From: Terriglobales bacterium
GTDB lineage: Bacteria; Acidobacteriota; Terriglobia; Terriglobales; Acidobacteriaceae
Assembly (NCBI GenBank): GCA_052147055.1
Contig: JBKQLO010000165.1
Span: 1,419-65,418 of the forward strand
Direction: 5' to 3'
Length of the DNA stretch: 64,000 nt
The translations under genes and the position numbers were made by a program. This document shows positions 46,315 through 55,820 of this stretch, piece by piece. The first letter of the stretch is position 1. The number at the start of each line of letters is the position of its first letter. The notes under the pieces are model-generated. The model searched no databases. It was not told where the DNA came from and worked only from the letters and a program-made list of their open reading frames with translations.

Positions 46315-48981
46315 TTGGAATTAAGGGGTCGTTTCTTTATCTTGTCCTTCCTCTCCCAACTTAATCCGCAGCAGCGCGAAGCGGTGGAAACCACCGAGGG
46401 GCCGGTGCTCATTCTGGCGGGCGCGGGAAGCGGCAAGACGCGGGTCATCACCTACCGCATTGCCTATCTGATCGAACACATGAACGCGATGCCGGAATCC
46501 ATTCTGGCGATGACTTTCACCAATAAAGCCGCCTCCGAGATGGTGGAGCGCGTGGACAAACTGGTCGGTGGGTTGTCGATCGCCAAGCCGGTCATTTCTA
46601 CTTTTCATTCTTTTTGCGTGCGGTTGTTGCGGCGGGACGTTGAGGCGCTGCGGATTCCCTCCTCGACTCCCGGCGCTCCCCCGATTGGGCTTACCAAGAG
46701 CTTTGTGATCTATGACGAGAGCGACCAGCAGCAGCTGGTCAAGTCGATCATGAAGCGTCTGGGCATCGACGACAAGCAAACCACGCCGCGTTCGGCCCTC
46801 GGTCACATCTCGTGGGCCAAGAACCATATGCTCGATCCGCAGGAAGCTTACCTGCAATCGGCCGATCCCAAGACTGAGCGCGTGGCGCATATTTATGCGG
46901 AGTATAAGAAAGATCTGGCCAAGGCCAATGCGCTTGATTTCGACGACTTGCTTCTTGAAGCGGTGCGCCTGCTGAAAGCGGTGCCGGCGGTGCGCGACCA
47001 CTACAACCGGCGATTTCAATACATTCTGGTGGATGAGTATCAGGACACCAACCGTCCGCAGTATGAACTGATGCGGCTGCTGGCCGGAGACCGTCACAAC
47101 GTGTGCGCGGTAGGCGATGAAGATCAGTCGATCTATTCCTGGCGGGGCGCGGACATTCGCAACATCCTGGAGTTTGAAGCTGATTTCCCTGAGGCCAAGA
47201 TTGTGCGCCTGGAAGAAAATTACCGTTCGACGCAGAACATTTTGCAGGCGGCGTCGGCGGTGGTTGCCAATAACATCAAGCGCAAGGGCAAGAACCTCTG
47301 GACTGCGCGCCAGGGCGGCACCAAGATCGGATATTACGAAGCTCCGGATGGCGAGAACGAGGCCTTGTTCGCGGCTGACTACCTGGCGAAGTATTTGCGG
47401 GAAACAGTCGAGCGCGGCGAAAACGGGCGGGCGGCGGTGCTGTATCGCACCAACTCGCAGTCGCGGCTGTTTGAAGAGGCCATGCGGCGCTATCAATTGA
47501 AGTATCACGTGGTGGGCGGATTTTCGTTCTATGAACGCACCGAAATTAAGGACATGATTTCGTATTTGAAGGTCATCCACAATGTGGACGACTCGATTGC
47601 ACTGCTGCGGGTGGTTAACACGCCGGTGCGCGGAATCGGCCGGACCACGATGGAAACGGTGGAGCAGATCGCGCTTGAGGGTGGGGTTTCTTTGTGGGGC
47701 GCGATTGGGGAAGCGATCCGGCGGCAGCTATTGCCGCAGCGGGCAGTCGCGGCGCTGAAGAGCTTTCGCAGTTTGATTGAAGATGGGCGGGCGATGCTGG
47801 CAGGGAGCTACTTGGAAAGGTTGGAGACGACAGCGGAATCTGCGGAGCTTCGCTCCTCAGGACAGCCCCTTCGGCCTCACTCAGGGCAGGCTCAGGGGGC
47901 TGTCCCCACGCGAGATGAGGAGACCGACACGGATTTCGATCCGGAGAACTTCAGTTTTGACTTTCACCCAGATGCCGAGCGTAGCGCCGGCGACCCGCCG
48001 GCTGTCGAGGGGGCGTCAACCCCCCCTGACGATGCGATCTCCACGCAACCCTTTCGCACTCCTGGCGCTGCCGCCAATACCGCCGAAATCCTGAAATTCT
48101 TGATTGATCGCACGGGATACATCAAGCAACTGGAGGAAGAAGACACACCGGAAGCGTATTCGCGCATCGAGAACTTGCGCGAACTGGTGAATGCGGCCAT
48201 GGATTCGCGCGACCGCGGCGAGACGCTTGACCAGTTTCTCGACCATGCGGCGCTGGTCAGCGATGCCGATGCCTATGATGAACGGGCCCAGATTACGCTC
48301 ATGACCTTGCATGCGGCCAAGGGGCTGGAGTTTCCGCTGGTATTTCTTTGCGGGCTCGAAGAAGGCTTATTCCCGCACTCACGGACTTTCTTGCAGCCGG
48401 ACGACATTGAGGAAGAACGGCGGTTGTGTTACGTCGGCATGACGCGGGCGATGGACACGCTGATCTTGAGCCGGGCGGTGTACCGTCGGCGCTATGGGAC
48501 AGATTTGCCGGAAGCCAGCGTGCCGTCGCGCTTCTTGGAGGAAATCCCGCCGCAGCTGGTGGAAGAGTTGGGGGCTTCGCGCGGAGCGACGGCGGGGCGG
48601 ACAAGAGTGTCCGCCCCACACGAGCATGGTTCGACCCACTACGCGTATGAAGACGAAGATCAAAGCGCGAACTGGGCTGCGGGCGGCCACGGAAAGGCGG
48701 CTCCGGCTGCGTATTCCGGGCGCAGCTACAATTCGATCGAGAACATTGCTGAGTTTTTTGCGTCGCGAGGCAAGAAGTTCAGCGTGGCCAAGCTGCCGGT
48801 CGAAGAGCCGAAAGGAAGGAAAGGCTTCCGGCCGGGACAGAGAGTGCGGCATCCGAAGTATGGCGAAGGCACGGTGTATCAGCGAGAAGGAGAAGGTGAG
48901 GAAGCCAAAATTACGGTACAATTCCCGAGGTTCGGCTTGAAGAAGCTGGTGGAGAAGTATGCCCAGCTGGAGCGGGCCTAA
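46315..48981 (+). CDS. uvrD: UvrD/PcrA/Rep-family ATP-dependent DNA helicase
   Basis: LNPQQREAV, AGAGSGKT, VDEYQDTN, YRS.Q.I, LMTLHAAKGLEF, VGMTRA and a C-terminal Tudor-like GQRVRHPKYGEGTV. The start is uncertain (TTG at 46315 or TTG at 46342). Two repeat-derived in-frame inserts. Confidence 0.9.
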   Translation: MELRGRFFILSFLSQLNPQQREAVETTEGPVLILAGAGSGKTRVITYRIAYLIEHMNAMPESILAMTFTNKAASEMVERVDKLVGGLSIAKPVISTFHSFCVRLLRRDVEALRIPSSTPGAPPIGLTKSFVIYDESDQQQLVKSIMKRLGIDDKQTTPRSALGHISWAKNHMLDPQEAYLQSADPKTERVAHIYAEYKKDLAKANALDFDDLLLEAVRLLKAVPAVRDHYNRRFQYILVDEYQDTNRPQYELMRLLAGDRHNVCAVGDEDQSIYSWRGADIRNILEFEADFPEAKIVRLEENYRSTQNILQAASAVVANNIKRKGKNLWTARQGGTKIGYYEAPDGENEALFAADYLAKYLRETVERGENGRAAVLYRTNSQSRLFEEAMRRYQLKYHVVGGFSFYERTEIKDMISYLKVIHNVDDSIALLRVVNTPVRGIGRTTMETVEQIALEGGVSLWGAIGEAIRRQLLPQRAVAALKSFRSLIEDGRAMLAGSYLERLETTAESAELRSSGQPLRPHSGQAQGAVPTRDEETDTDFDPENFSFDFHPDAERSAGDPPAVEGASTPPDDAISTQPFRTPGAAANTAEILKFLIDRTGYIKQLEEEDTPEAYSRIENLRELVNAAMDSRDRGETLDQFLDHAALVSDADAYDERAQITLMTLHAAKGLEFPLVFLCGLEEGLFPHSRTFLQPDDIEEERRLCYVGMTRAMDTLILSRAVYRRRYGTDLPEASVPSRFLEEIPPQLVEELGASRGATAGRTRVSAPHEHGSTHYAYEDEDQSANWAAGGHGKAAPAAYSGRSYNSIENIAEFFASRGKKFSVAKLPVEEPKGRKGFRPGQRVRHPKYGEGTVYQREGEGEEAKITVQFPRFGLKKLVEKYAQLERA
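47845..47912. repeat. full-length R1 repeat inside uvrD
   Basis: GAGCTTCGCTCCTCAGGACAGCCCCTTCGGCCTCACTCAGGGCAGGCTCAGGGGGCTGTCCCCACGCG. The stem 47860-47869 pairs with 47896-47905 (10 bp perfect). It is translated as ELRSSGQPLRPHSGQAQGAVPTR. Confidence 0.85.
48596..48625. repeat. R2 repeat inside uvrD
   Basis: 30/30 identical to 19105-19134. Translated here as GRTRVSAPHEH. Confidence 0.9.
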
Positions 48982-48987
48982 TGCACA

Positions 48988-49080
48988 TTTGTGATTTGCA
49001 ATTGAGTAATTGGTAATTTGAGATTGCCCATTGCTGAGTTGCACAATTACCAATTGCAAATTACCAAATTACAAATCAAA
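48988..49080. repeat. AT-rich island of AATT(A/G)C / CAATTG units in inverted orientation (family R5)
   Basis: AATTAC, AATTGC, AATTAC and AATTAC start at 49045, 49052, 59 and 67 (7-8 bp period). Left 49010-49020 pairs with right 49057-49067, giving an 11-bp AT-rich stem. It begins just after the uvrD stop. Confidence 0.7.
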
Positions 49081-49087
49081 AGGACTC

Positions 49088-49249
49088 ATGGCCAATACAT
49101 CGAAGTTAAGCAAAGAAGACCGCAAGAAAGCCAAACGCGCCTCGCGCAAAAAGCACAAAGCGGAAAAGCCGTTGAAGCCGCGGGAGTACGCACGCGGCTC
49201 CAAGAAGCGCAAAGTGAAGAAGCTGGTGCGCGGTCAGGCGAAGCGGTAA
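49088..49249 (+). CDS. possible small highly basic protein (53 aa)
   Basis: ATG after AAAGGA. The sequence is MANTSKLSKEDRKKAKRASRKKHKAEKPLKPREYARGSKKRKVKKLVRGQAKR. No homolog recognised; the composition could also be fortuitous. Confidence 0.35.
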   Translation: MANTSKLSKEDRKKAKRASRKKHKAEKPLKPREYARGSKKRKVKKLVRGQAKR

Positions 49250-49395
49250 CGGCGGCAATTCGCACATAGCACTTGGCATTTAGCCAGTTGACGGTCTGGG
49301 CGATGCCAAGTGCTTGTGCCTCAACCCAACAGCGAGGCCCTTTGGCAGAACCACCAACCAGTATTCGAGTAACCGAGACCATTCGCACCTCAGCG

Positions 49396-50940
49396 GTGCA
49401 GCTCTTTTGCTGCAAATCCATCGACAAGCTGATCTCGGACTCGGAAGAACCGGAGCGCCGGTTAAAGAAAACTCTGGGCCCAGTCTCGCTCACTGCTTTG
49501 GGCATCGGAGCGGTGATTGGCTCCGGGATTTTCACCGTTATTGGAACGGCGATCGGCGGGCAGAAGTTCGATACGTCTTCGATTCTGAATGCTCCGCTCC
49601 TTGATTTCCTGATCAGACACCATGCCACTCAGGGGAGGCCGGGCGCCGGGCCTGCGCTGGCGCTCTCGCTCGTCCTGGTGGCCATCGTCTGCGCGTTTAC
49701 CGGCCTGTGCTACGCCGAGCTGGCGTCGATGATTCCGATTGCCGGCAGCGCCTATACCTACACCTACGCGACCATGGGCGAGTTGGTGGCGTGGATCATT
49801 GGCTGGGATTTGATTTTGGAATACGCGGTCAGCAACATGGCGGTGAGCGTGGGATTTGCCGCCCACTTGGTGGGCATGTTCGACTGGTTCGGCTGGCACC
49901 CCGCCTTGCGTTGGATCTCGCCCGCGTATCTTCCCGGAGGACTCACCAATCTTAAGGGTGAAATGCTGTACGCGCCAGGATTGCACTTCGGTTTCAATAT
50001 TCCTGCGTTCCTGATCGTGATGCTGCTGACCGTTGTGTTGGTGCGCGGCATCCGCGAATCGGCGGAAGCCAACAACGTGATGGTGATTCTGAAAATTGCC
50101 GCGATTCTGGCCTTCGTGATTGTGGGCGCGCACTACGTCAATCCCGGCCTCTGGCATCCCTTCGCGCCCGAGGGGTGGTCCGGCATCCTGACCGGCGGCT
50201 CGATTATTTTCTTCACCTACATTGGCTTCGATTCGGTATCCACCGCGGCTGAGGAAGCACGCAATCCGCAACGCGACCTTCCCATTGGAATCATCGCTAC
50301 TCTGGTGGTCTGCACGGTGTTGTATATCGGCGTGGCCGTCGTGCTCACCGGACTGGTGCCATGGCAAGCGGTGCGGGACGATGCTGCGCCAGTGGTGAAC
50401 AGCATGAAAATGCTGGCCACTAGAACCGGCTCACACACCCTGAACTGGATTGAGTTGGGCGTTCTTTTCGGCGCCATGATGGGAATGATTTCCTCACTGC
50501 TGGTGTTTCAACTAGGGCAGGCTCGGGTATGGTTCTCGATGTCGCGGGATGGCCTGCTGCCCAAGCTGTTCGGGCGCGTGCATCCTCGCTTTCGCACTCC
50601 GGCGACTGCAACCTGGATTGCCGGAGTTCTGGTGGGCGTGCCCGCGGGATTTCTGGACATCGGCACACTCTCTGATCTCTCAAACATTGGAACGCTCTTT
50701 GCTTTTGTATTGGTGTCAGTGGGTGTGATTATTCTGCGTTACCGCGACCCCGGCCGGCATCGCGGTTTCCGCGCCCCCGGCGGGATTGCGGCTCCAGTGT
50801 TGAGCGTGCTCTTTTGCGTTCTGCTGATGTCCGGGCTGCCGATCCTGACTTGGTTGCGATTTTTTGCCTGGCTGGTGATTGGCCTGACCATCTATTACCT
50901 CTACAGCCGGCATCACAGCGAGTTTGCTGGGAAGAGTTAG
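49396..50940 (+). CDS. APC-family amino acid permease (cationic amino acid transporter-like)
   Basis: KSIDKLISDSE...LKKTLGPVSLTALGIGAVIGSGIF is a typical N-terminus, followed by about 12 or more TM helices. The GTG at 49396 is chosen by analogy; the ORF track opens at 49273. Confidence 0.85.
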   Translation: MQLFCCKSIDKLISDSEEPERRLKKTLGPVSLTALGIGAVIGSGIFTVIGTAIGGQKFDTSSILNAPLLDFLIRHHATQGRPGAGPALALSLVLVAIVCAFTGLCYAELASMIPIAGSAYTYTYATMGELVAWIIGWDLILEYAVSNMAVSVGFAAHLVGMFDWFGWHPALRWISPAYLPGGLTNLKGEMLYAPGLHFGFNIPAFLIVMLLTVVLVRGIRESAEANNVMVILKIAAILAFVIVGAHYVNPGLWHPFAPEGWSGILTGGSIIFFTYIGFDSVSTAAEEARNPQRDLPIGIIATLVVCTVLYIGVAVVLTGLVPWQAVRDDAAPVVNSMKMLATRTGSHTLNWIELGVLFGAMMGMISSLLVFQLGQARVWFSMSRDGLLPKLFGRVHPRFRTPATATWIAGVLVGVPAGFLDIGTLSDLSNIGTLFAFVLVSVGVIILRYRDPGRHRGFRAPGGIAAPVLSVLFCVLLMSGLPILTWLRFFAWLVIGLTIYYLYSRHHSEFAGKS

Positions 50941-50942
50941 CC

Positions 50943-51962
50943 GTGCTGCCTCTCGAATCTCCCCGTCCGAGTGCTTTCATTCTTTCGCTTCCCAAAGCTG
51001 AGTTGCATCTGCATCTTGAGGGAACGATTGATCCGGCAACTTTGCTCGAGTTGCGAAAACGACACGGCAAAGAGAGCACTCTGGCGGAGGTCGAAAGCTT
51101 ATATCAATACGAAGACTTCGCCGGTTTTCTGGTGGCGTTCAAGGGGATCACTGAAGATCTGCAAACTGCGGCAGACTACGAGTTGATTACCTATCGTTTG
51201 GTGGAGAAACTCAAGGCAGAAAATGTGTTGCACGCTGAGGTCTATGTGTCGGTGGGCGTGAACCTGTGGCGCAAACAGGATTTTGCGGCGATTTTCGAGG
51301 GTCTGGAACGCGGGCGCGAACGCGGCGAGCGAGACTTTGGTATTTCCCTGCTATGGATTTTTGATGCAGTACGTCATTTTGGGCCGGAAAAGGCGCAGAG
51401 CGTGGCCGAGCTGGCGGTTCGCTACCAAGGGCGGAGCGTGGTGGGATTCGGCATCGGCGGCGACGAAGCTAAGGCAGGGCCAGAGCTGTTTCGTGAAGTC
51501 TATGCTTATGCCTCGGAGAACGGTCTGCGGCTGACCGCTCACGCGGGTGAGTCGGCAGGGCCGGAATCGGTGTGGGGCGCGCTCAACCTTCGAGCGGAAC
51601 GCATCGGCCACGGGTTGACTGCCTGGCACGATCCAGAACTGGTGGAAGAATTATCGAGACGGCAGGTTCCGGTGGAGATCTGCATCACCAGCAATCTGCG
51701 CACGGGAGTGTGTTCGACGCTGGCGGAGCACCCGGTGCGGCGCTACTTTGACCAGGGAATTATGGTCACGCTGAACAGCGATGATCCGGCAATGTTTGGG
51801 ACAACGCTCGCTAGAGAGTATCAGTTGTCGCAAGACGCGTTCGGCTTCACCGATGAGCATTTGCGCGAGCTGGCGCGGAATTCGTTTGAGGCATCGTTTC
51901 TTCCGGCGGAAAAGAAGCTTCAATTCTTGAACCTATTCGATTCGGTGGCGGCACGGTCATAG
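50943..51962 (+). CDS. add: adenosine deaminase
   Basis: LPKAELHLHLEGT, LTAHAGE, RIGHG and the TLNSDDP metal/catalytic blocks. The GTG at 50943 comes immediately after the permease stop. Confidence 0.88.
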   Translation: MLPLESPRPSAFILSLPKAELHLHLEGTIDPATLLELRKRHGKESTLAEVESLYQYEDFAGFLVAFKGITEDLQTAADYELITYRLVEKLKAENVLHAEVYVSVGVNLWRKQDFAAIFEGLERGRERGERDFGISLLWIFDAVRHFGPEKAQSVAELAVRYQGRSVVGFGIGGDEAKAGPELFREVYAYASENGLRLTAHAGESAGPESVWGALNLRAERIGHGLTAWHDPELVEELSRRQVPVEICITSNLRTGVCSTLAEHPVRRYFDQGIMVTLNSDDPAMFGTTLAREYQLSQDAFGFTDEHLRELARNSFEASFLPAEKKLQFLNLFDSVAARS

Positions 51963-51973
51963 AAGCTATCGCT

Positions 51974-54670
51974 TTATTTCTTCAGCTCCGCGGGCCAATT
52001 GACTGCCACAAACAGCGGCGCGGACTCTTGCTCTTCCGCCAGGTCCACCAACAGGCGTTGACCGTCCGTGGAAACGTCATAGGGCACTCCAACTCCGGGC
52101 ACGCTGGCATGAAAAAGCCGTTGCGGCGTGGCCACTTCAATTTCTGAGCCTTTAAAGGTCAGGCGACAGGCGAAGAACTCATCGGTCAGGTTCCGGAAAA
52201 ACAGTTCCTTCATGTTCCCGCTCCAAGCTGGGTTGGATCCCCCGCTGTTTGACACTCGCCATTTTCCCTTGCCTTCAGGGAAGCTGGTGACGTAGACCTC
52301 ATCCTGCCCGGACTCATCCGATGCGTAGGCTACCCAGCGGCTGTCGGGCGAAACCCGATACGTGTAAAGGTTCGATTGCTGCGACGGCGGCTGTACCACG
52401 GTAAATGGCTTGGCCCCTCCGGCGACGGGCATGGCCCAGAGGGAGGTCATCTTCTCGCCTTCACCCCAGAGGTAGGTTAAGTACTTTCCGTCTGGCGACC
52501 ATTCCGGAGAATGATAGTTATTCTGCTCGGCCACCAAAGTCTTCTCCGTCCCACTACCGTCGGCAGTTTTGGAGCGAATTTCAACCGTCCCTCCGCGATT
52601 CGCCAGGTCGGCTGTGAACATGAGCGTCTTGCCGTCCGGGGACCACGAAGGATAACCAACCGTCTGCTGGTCGAAGGTGATGCGAGTCTTGATCTTGCGC
52701 TCCAGGTCGAGCGTCCACACGCCGGACGCCGCGCCCAGCTGTATGAATGCCACCCGCTTGCCATCCGGGGAGAGGCGTACGTCAGTCGCCATGTTCTCGG
52801 GCTCACTGATGGCACCGAGTTGCTTTCCTGAGCGGTCGAACCATACCAGACGCGTTCCCCCGGAGGCGGCGGTGCTGGCCTGGTAAACGATGAGCCCGTT
52901 TTGAGAGACGGCAAAAACGCTGCGCCACACTCCCGCGTCGTAACGGATGTTGTTCACCAGTGGAACCGCCGATCCCGACAACTTGCCCGATTCTGGATCG
53001 AAGGGCTGCGCCACCAGCGCGGTGTTGGCTCGATAAAGCAAGTAGCCTGACCCGTACTCTGCCGCCGAATCCGTTGCCACCACCAGGCGGGCTTCGGTGT
53101 TGTCTACGGACCCAAAGTAGATTCCGCTGGTTTTGGCATCTCCCCCGTTGTGACTGGTCGCCAGAAAGAGAAAGTGTTTGCCGTCGGGAAGGAACCACGG
53201 CCAACGATGGGTGGTGTGCTTCTGTTTGTCCATTACGGTCGCATCGGTCGGCGTTCCGCCCTGCGCACTGACCTTCAACAGCGAGCTTTGAAAGGTTGGA
53301 CTGAACACGATCCAGTCACTGGCGCCCCAGCTCCCACCCCGCGAGGTTGGGGCATCGGCCAAAACGGAAACCGGGCCTCCGGACGCGGCGATCTTGTTCA
53401 ACTTGCCGTTGGCAAAGAACCCCACATACCGTCCGTCCGGCGACCAGAAGGGATGCATCGCACCCAGCGTGCCTTCGAGCTGCTGGGCTGCGTCATTCTT
53501 CAGCGATCGCACCCAAAGGAACTGAGCGTTGGCGGAATGAGCGACGAAGGCCAGCTGATCGCCCTGGGGCGACAGCACCGGCATGCCAGCGTTGTCGCCT
53601 GTGGCATCGAACGGGAACTTGTCCGGGGGCGGTATTTCCGCGTGAATTGCCTCGGCGCTTTCACTTTGCTTCGGCCAATGGTAGCCAGCTATGGCTGCAA
53701 GCGCGACACACACCAGGAAGACTGCGGCAGCTAGGAGCACCCAGGGTTTCTCAAACCTCCGAGTTTCTTTCTGGCTTGCGTCTCCCGCGGAATCCGACAC
53801 CCAGCGGAGGTCCATCGCAACATCGTGTGCGGACTGAAAGCGATCTGCGGGATCTTTTGCGAGACAGGCTCGGATGACCCGATCCAGGGCCGATGGTTGG
53901 CTGGCCGTGATCGGCTCCGGTTCTTTCTCGAGGATCGCGGTGAGCACGCCGAGTTGCGATTTCCCTTCGAAAGCGCGCCGCCCGGCCACCATTTCGTAAA
54001 GCACGCAGCCGAAGCTGAAAATGTCGCTACGAGCGTCGGCTTCAGAGCCTTGCAGCACTTCCGGCGACAGGTACTGGAAAGTTCCAACAATGGAGCCTTT
54101 TTGCGTGAGCGGCGATGCAGCCGATGTGAGTGAAGCCAAGTTCATGGTCGGCGTGGATGGAGTGAGCTGTCCCTTCGCACTGCTTGCGATTGCTAGTTCG
54201 GGTTTCGCCAGGCCGAAGTCCATCAGCTTGGCGCCGGATTTCGTGAGCATGATGTTGCCCGGCTTCAGGTCACGATGGACAATCCCCTGGCGGTGGGCTT
54301 TTTCGAGCGCTTCGGCGATCTCCGTTCCGATCTTCAAAACCTGATCCAGCGGCAACGCGCCTTTCACCAGCCGGTCAGCCAGGGTCTGGCCTTCCAGATA
54401 CTCCATGACCAGGAAGTCCACGCCATCCTGCGAGCCGACGTCATGCAGGGTGCAGATGTTGGGATGTTGCAGCGCCGAAATGGCCTTGGCTTCCCGCTCG
54501 AAGCGCTGCTTCAATTCGGGATCCGCGGAAAGATGGGTTGGCAGAACTTTGATGGCAACGGTGCGGTCGAGGCGAGTGTCACGGGCGCGATAGACCTCGC
54601 CCATCCCGCCCGCGCCTAGCGGCGAGTGGATTTCGTAGGGACCGAGCTTGGTGCCAGAGGTAAGGGCCAT
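51974..54670 (-). CDS. Ser/Thr protein kinase with one TM segment and a C-terminal TolB-like (PD40/WD40-like) beta-propeller
   Basis: GAGGMGEVYRA, AIKVL, HRDLKPGNIM, DFGLAK and repeated SPDG... propeller blades. Confidence 0.88.
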   Translation of the reverse strand: MALTSGTKLGPYEIHSPLGAGGMGEVYRARDTRLDRTVAIKVLPTHLSADPELKQRFEREAKAISALQHPNICTLHDVGSQDGVDFLVMEYLEGQTLADRLVKGALPLDQVLKIGTEIAEALEKAHRQGIVHRDLKPGNIMLTKSGAKLMDFGLAKPELAIASSAKGQLTPSTPTMNLASLTSAASPLTQKGSIVGTFQYLSPEVLQGSEADARSDIFSFGCVLYEMVAGRRAFEGKSQLGVLTAILEKEPEPITASQPSALDRVIRACLAKDPADRFQSAHDVAMDLRWVSDSAGDASQKETRRFEKPWVLLAAAVFLVCVALAAIAGYHWPKQSESAEAIHAEIPPPDKFPFDATGDNAGMPVLSPQGDQLAFVAHSANAQFLWVRSLKNDAAQQLEGTLGAMHPFWSPDGRYVGFFANGKLNKIAASGGPVSVLADAPTSRGGSWGASDWIVFSPTFQSSLLKVSAQGGTPTDATVMDKQKHTTHRWPWFLPDGKHFLFLATSHNGGDAKTSGIYFGSVDNTEARLVVATDSAAEYGSGYLLYRANTALVAQPFDPESGKLSGSAVPLVNNIRYDAGVWRSVFAVSQNGLIVYQASTAASGGTRLVWFDRSGKQLGAISEPENMATDVRLSPDGKRVAFIQLGAASGVWTLDLERKIKTRITFDQQTVGYPSWSPDGKTLMFTADLANRGGTVEIRSKTADGSGTEKTLVAEQNNYHSPEWSPDGKYLTYLWGEGEKMTSLWAMPVAGGAKPFTVVQPPSQQSNLYTYRVSPDSRWVAYASDESGQDEVYVTSFPEGKGKWRVSNSGGSNPAWSGNMKELFFRNLTDEFFACRLTFKGSEIEVATPQRLFHASVPGVGVPYDVSTDGQRLLVDLAEEQESAPLFVAVNWPAELKK

Positions 54671-54805
54671 CCGTGGGCGCAATTATAGCCCGAGTAGCGG
54701 AGGCCGTTCGCCTTGCCGCGAGGCCATTCGCATCGGCAAACATGCCAAACGCTGTCAGAATGATGCACTTGCACGTCGTCTATGGTCTAATGAAAGCATC
54801 GTTTC

Positions 54806-55816
54806 ATGCCCTCTGCCAGCACAATTCTGCGTCGCCGCGTGAAGGCGCTCTACCGGAATGTCCGGGGGGCGAAGATGATGGCCAAGGCGCTGGCTTCGAC
54901 CGAGCATCCGCTGCTGGCGCATATCATTCCCATTCGCCGCTGCAATCTTTCCTGCACCTATTGCAATGAGTTCGACGATTTCTCGAAGCCAGTGGCCACC
55001 GAAGAAATGTTCCGCCGCGTGGACAAGCTGGGCGAACTGGGCACGGCTGTGATTACTATCAGCGGGGGCGAACCGTTGCTGCATCCGGAGCTCGATGACA
55101 TCATTCGGCGGATTCGCAAGAACGGCATGATTGCCGGGCTGATCACCAATGGATATTTCCTGGTACCGGAACGCATTCAGCGGCTCAACCGGGCTGGCCT
55201 CGAGTGGCTCCAGATTTCGATTGATAACGTCACTCCCGATGATGTGTCCAAGAAGAGTCTGAAAGTTTTGGACAAGAAGCTCGAAAATCTTGCCGAGCAT
55301 GCCGACTTTCACGTGAACATCAATTCTGTCGTGGGGGGCGGGGTTTGCAATCCGCAGGACGCGCTGACCATCGGCAAGCGCGCGCTGGAACTGGGATTCA
55401 GTTCGACGGTGGGAATCATTCACGACGGCACCGGCCAGTTGCAGCCTTTGGGCGAAGAGGAGCGGCGGGTGTATCACGAGATGAAGTCGCTCGAAAAGAG
55501 CAGCTTCACCCGCATCAATGCATTTCAGGACAACATTGCGCAGGGGCGGCCGAACCAGTGGCGCTGCCGGGCGGGGTCGCGCTATTTATACATTTGTGAA
55601 GACGGGCTGGTGCACTACTGCTCGCAACAGCGCGGCTATCCCGCGATTCCGCTGGAAAAATACAGTGCTGAAGACCTGCGTCGCGAATATCTGACGGAGA
55701 AATCCTGTGCGCCGCACTGTACAGTATCGTGCGTGCATCAGGTATCGATCTTCGACTCCTGGCGGGCGCCGCAGCATGCTGGGACGGTGGCCGCCGAGTT
55801 CGTGCAGATCGAGTAG
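54806..55816 (+). CDS. radical SAM protein (unassigned subfamily)
   Basis: [11 protein letters not shown] is a CxxxCxxC cluster, followed by [10 protein letters not shown] and extra C-terminal cysteines (CRAG...YCSQ...CAPHCTVSC). The start could be 54875. Confidence 0.82.
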   Translation: MPSASTILRRRVKALYRNVRGAKMMAKALASTEHPLLAHIIPIRRCNLSCTYCNEFDDFSKPVATEEMFRRVDKLGELGTAVITISGGEPLLHPELDDIIRRIRKNGMIAGLITNGYFLVPERIQRLNRAGLEWLQISIDNVTPDDVSKKSLKVLDKKLENLAEHADFHVNINSVVGGGVCNPQDALTIGKRALELGFSSTVGIIHDGTGQLQPLGEEERRVYHEMKSLEKSSFTRINAFQDNIAQGRPNQWRCRAGSRYLYICEDGLVHYCSQQRGYPAIPLEKYSAEDLRREYLTEKSCAPHCTVSCVHQVSIFDSWRAPQHAGTVAAEFVQIE

Positions 55817-55820
55817 CTGC

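Noticed and set aside
45945-46315. Integrated element or prophage at the tRNA
   Set aside because: There is no integrase, no direct repeat of the tRNA 3' end and no foreign-looking genes on either side. Only the short inverted fragment is reported separately.
46321-47580. 419-aa ORF antisense to uvrD
   Set aside because: The opposite strand carries all the UvrD helicase motifs, and the antisense product has no recognisable domain. It is a shadow ORF.
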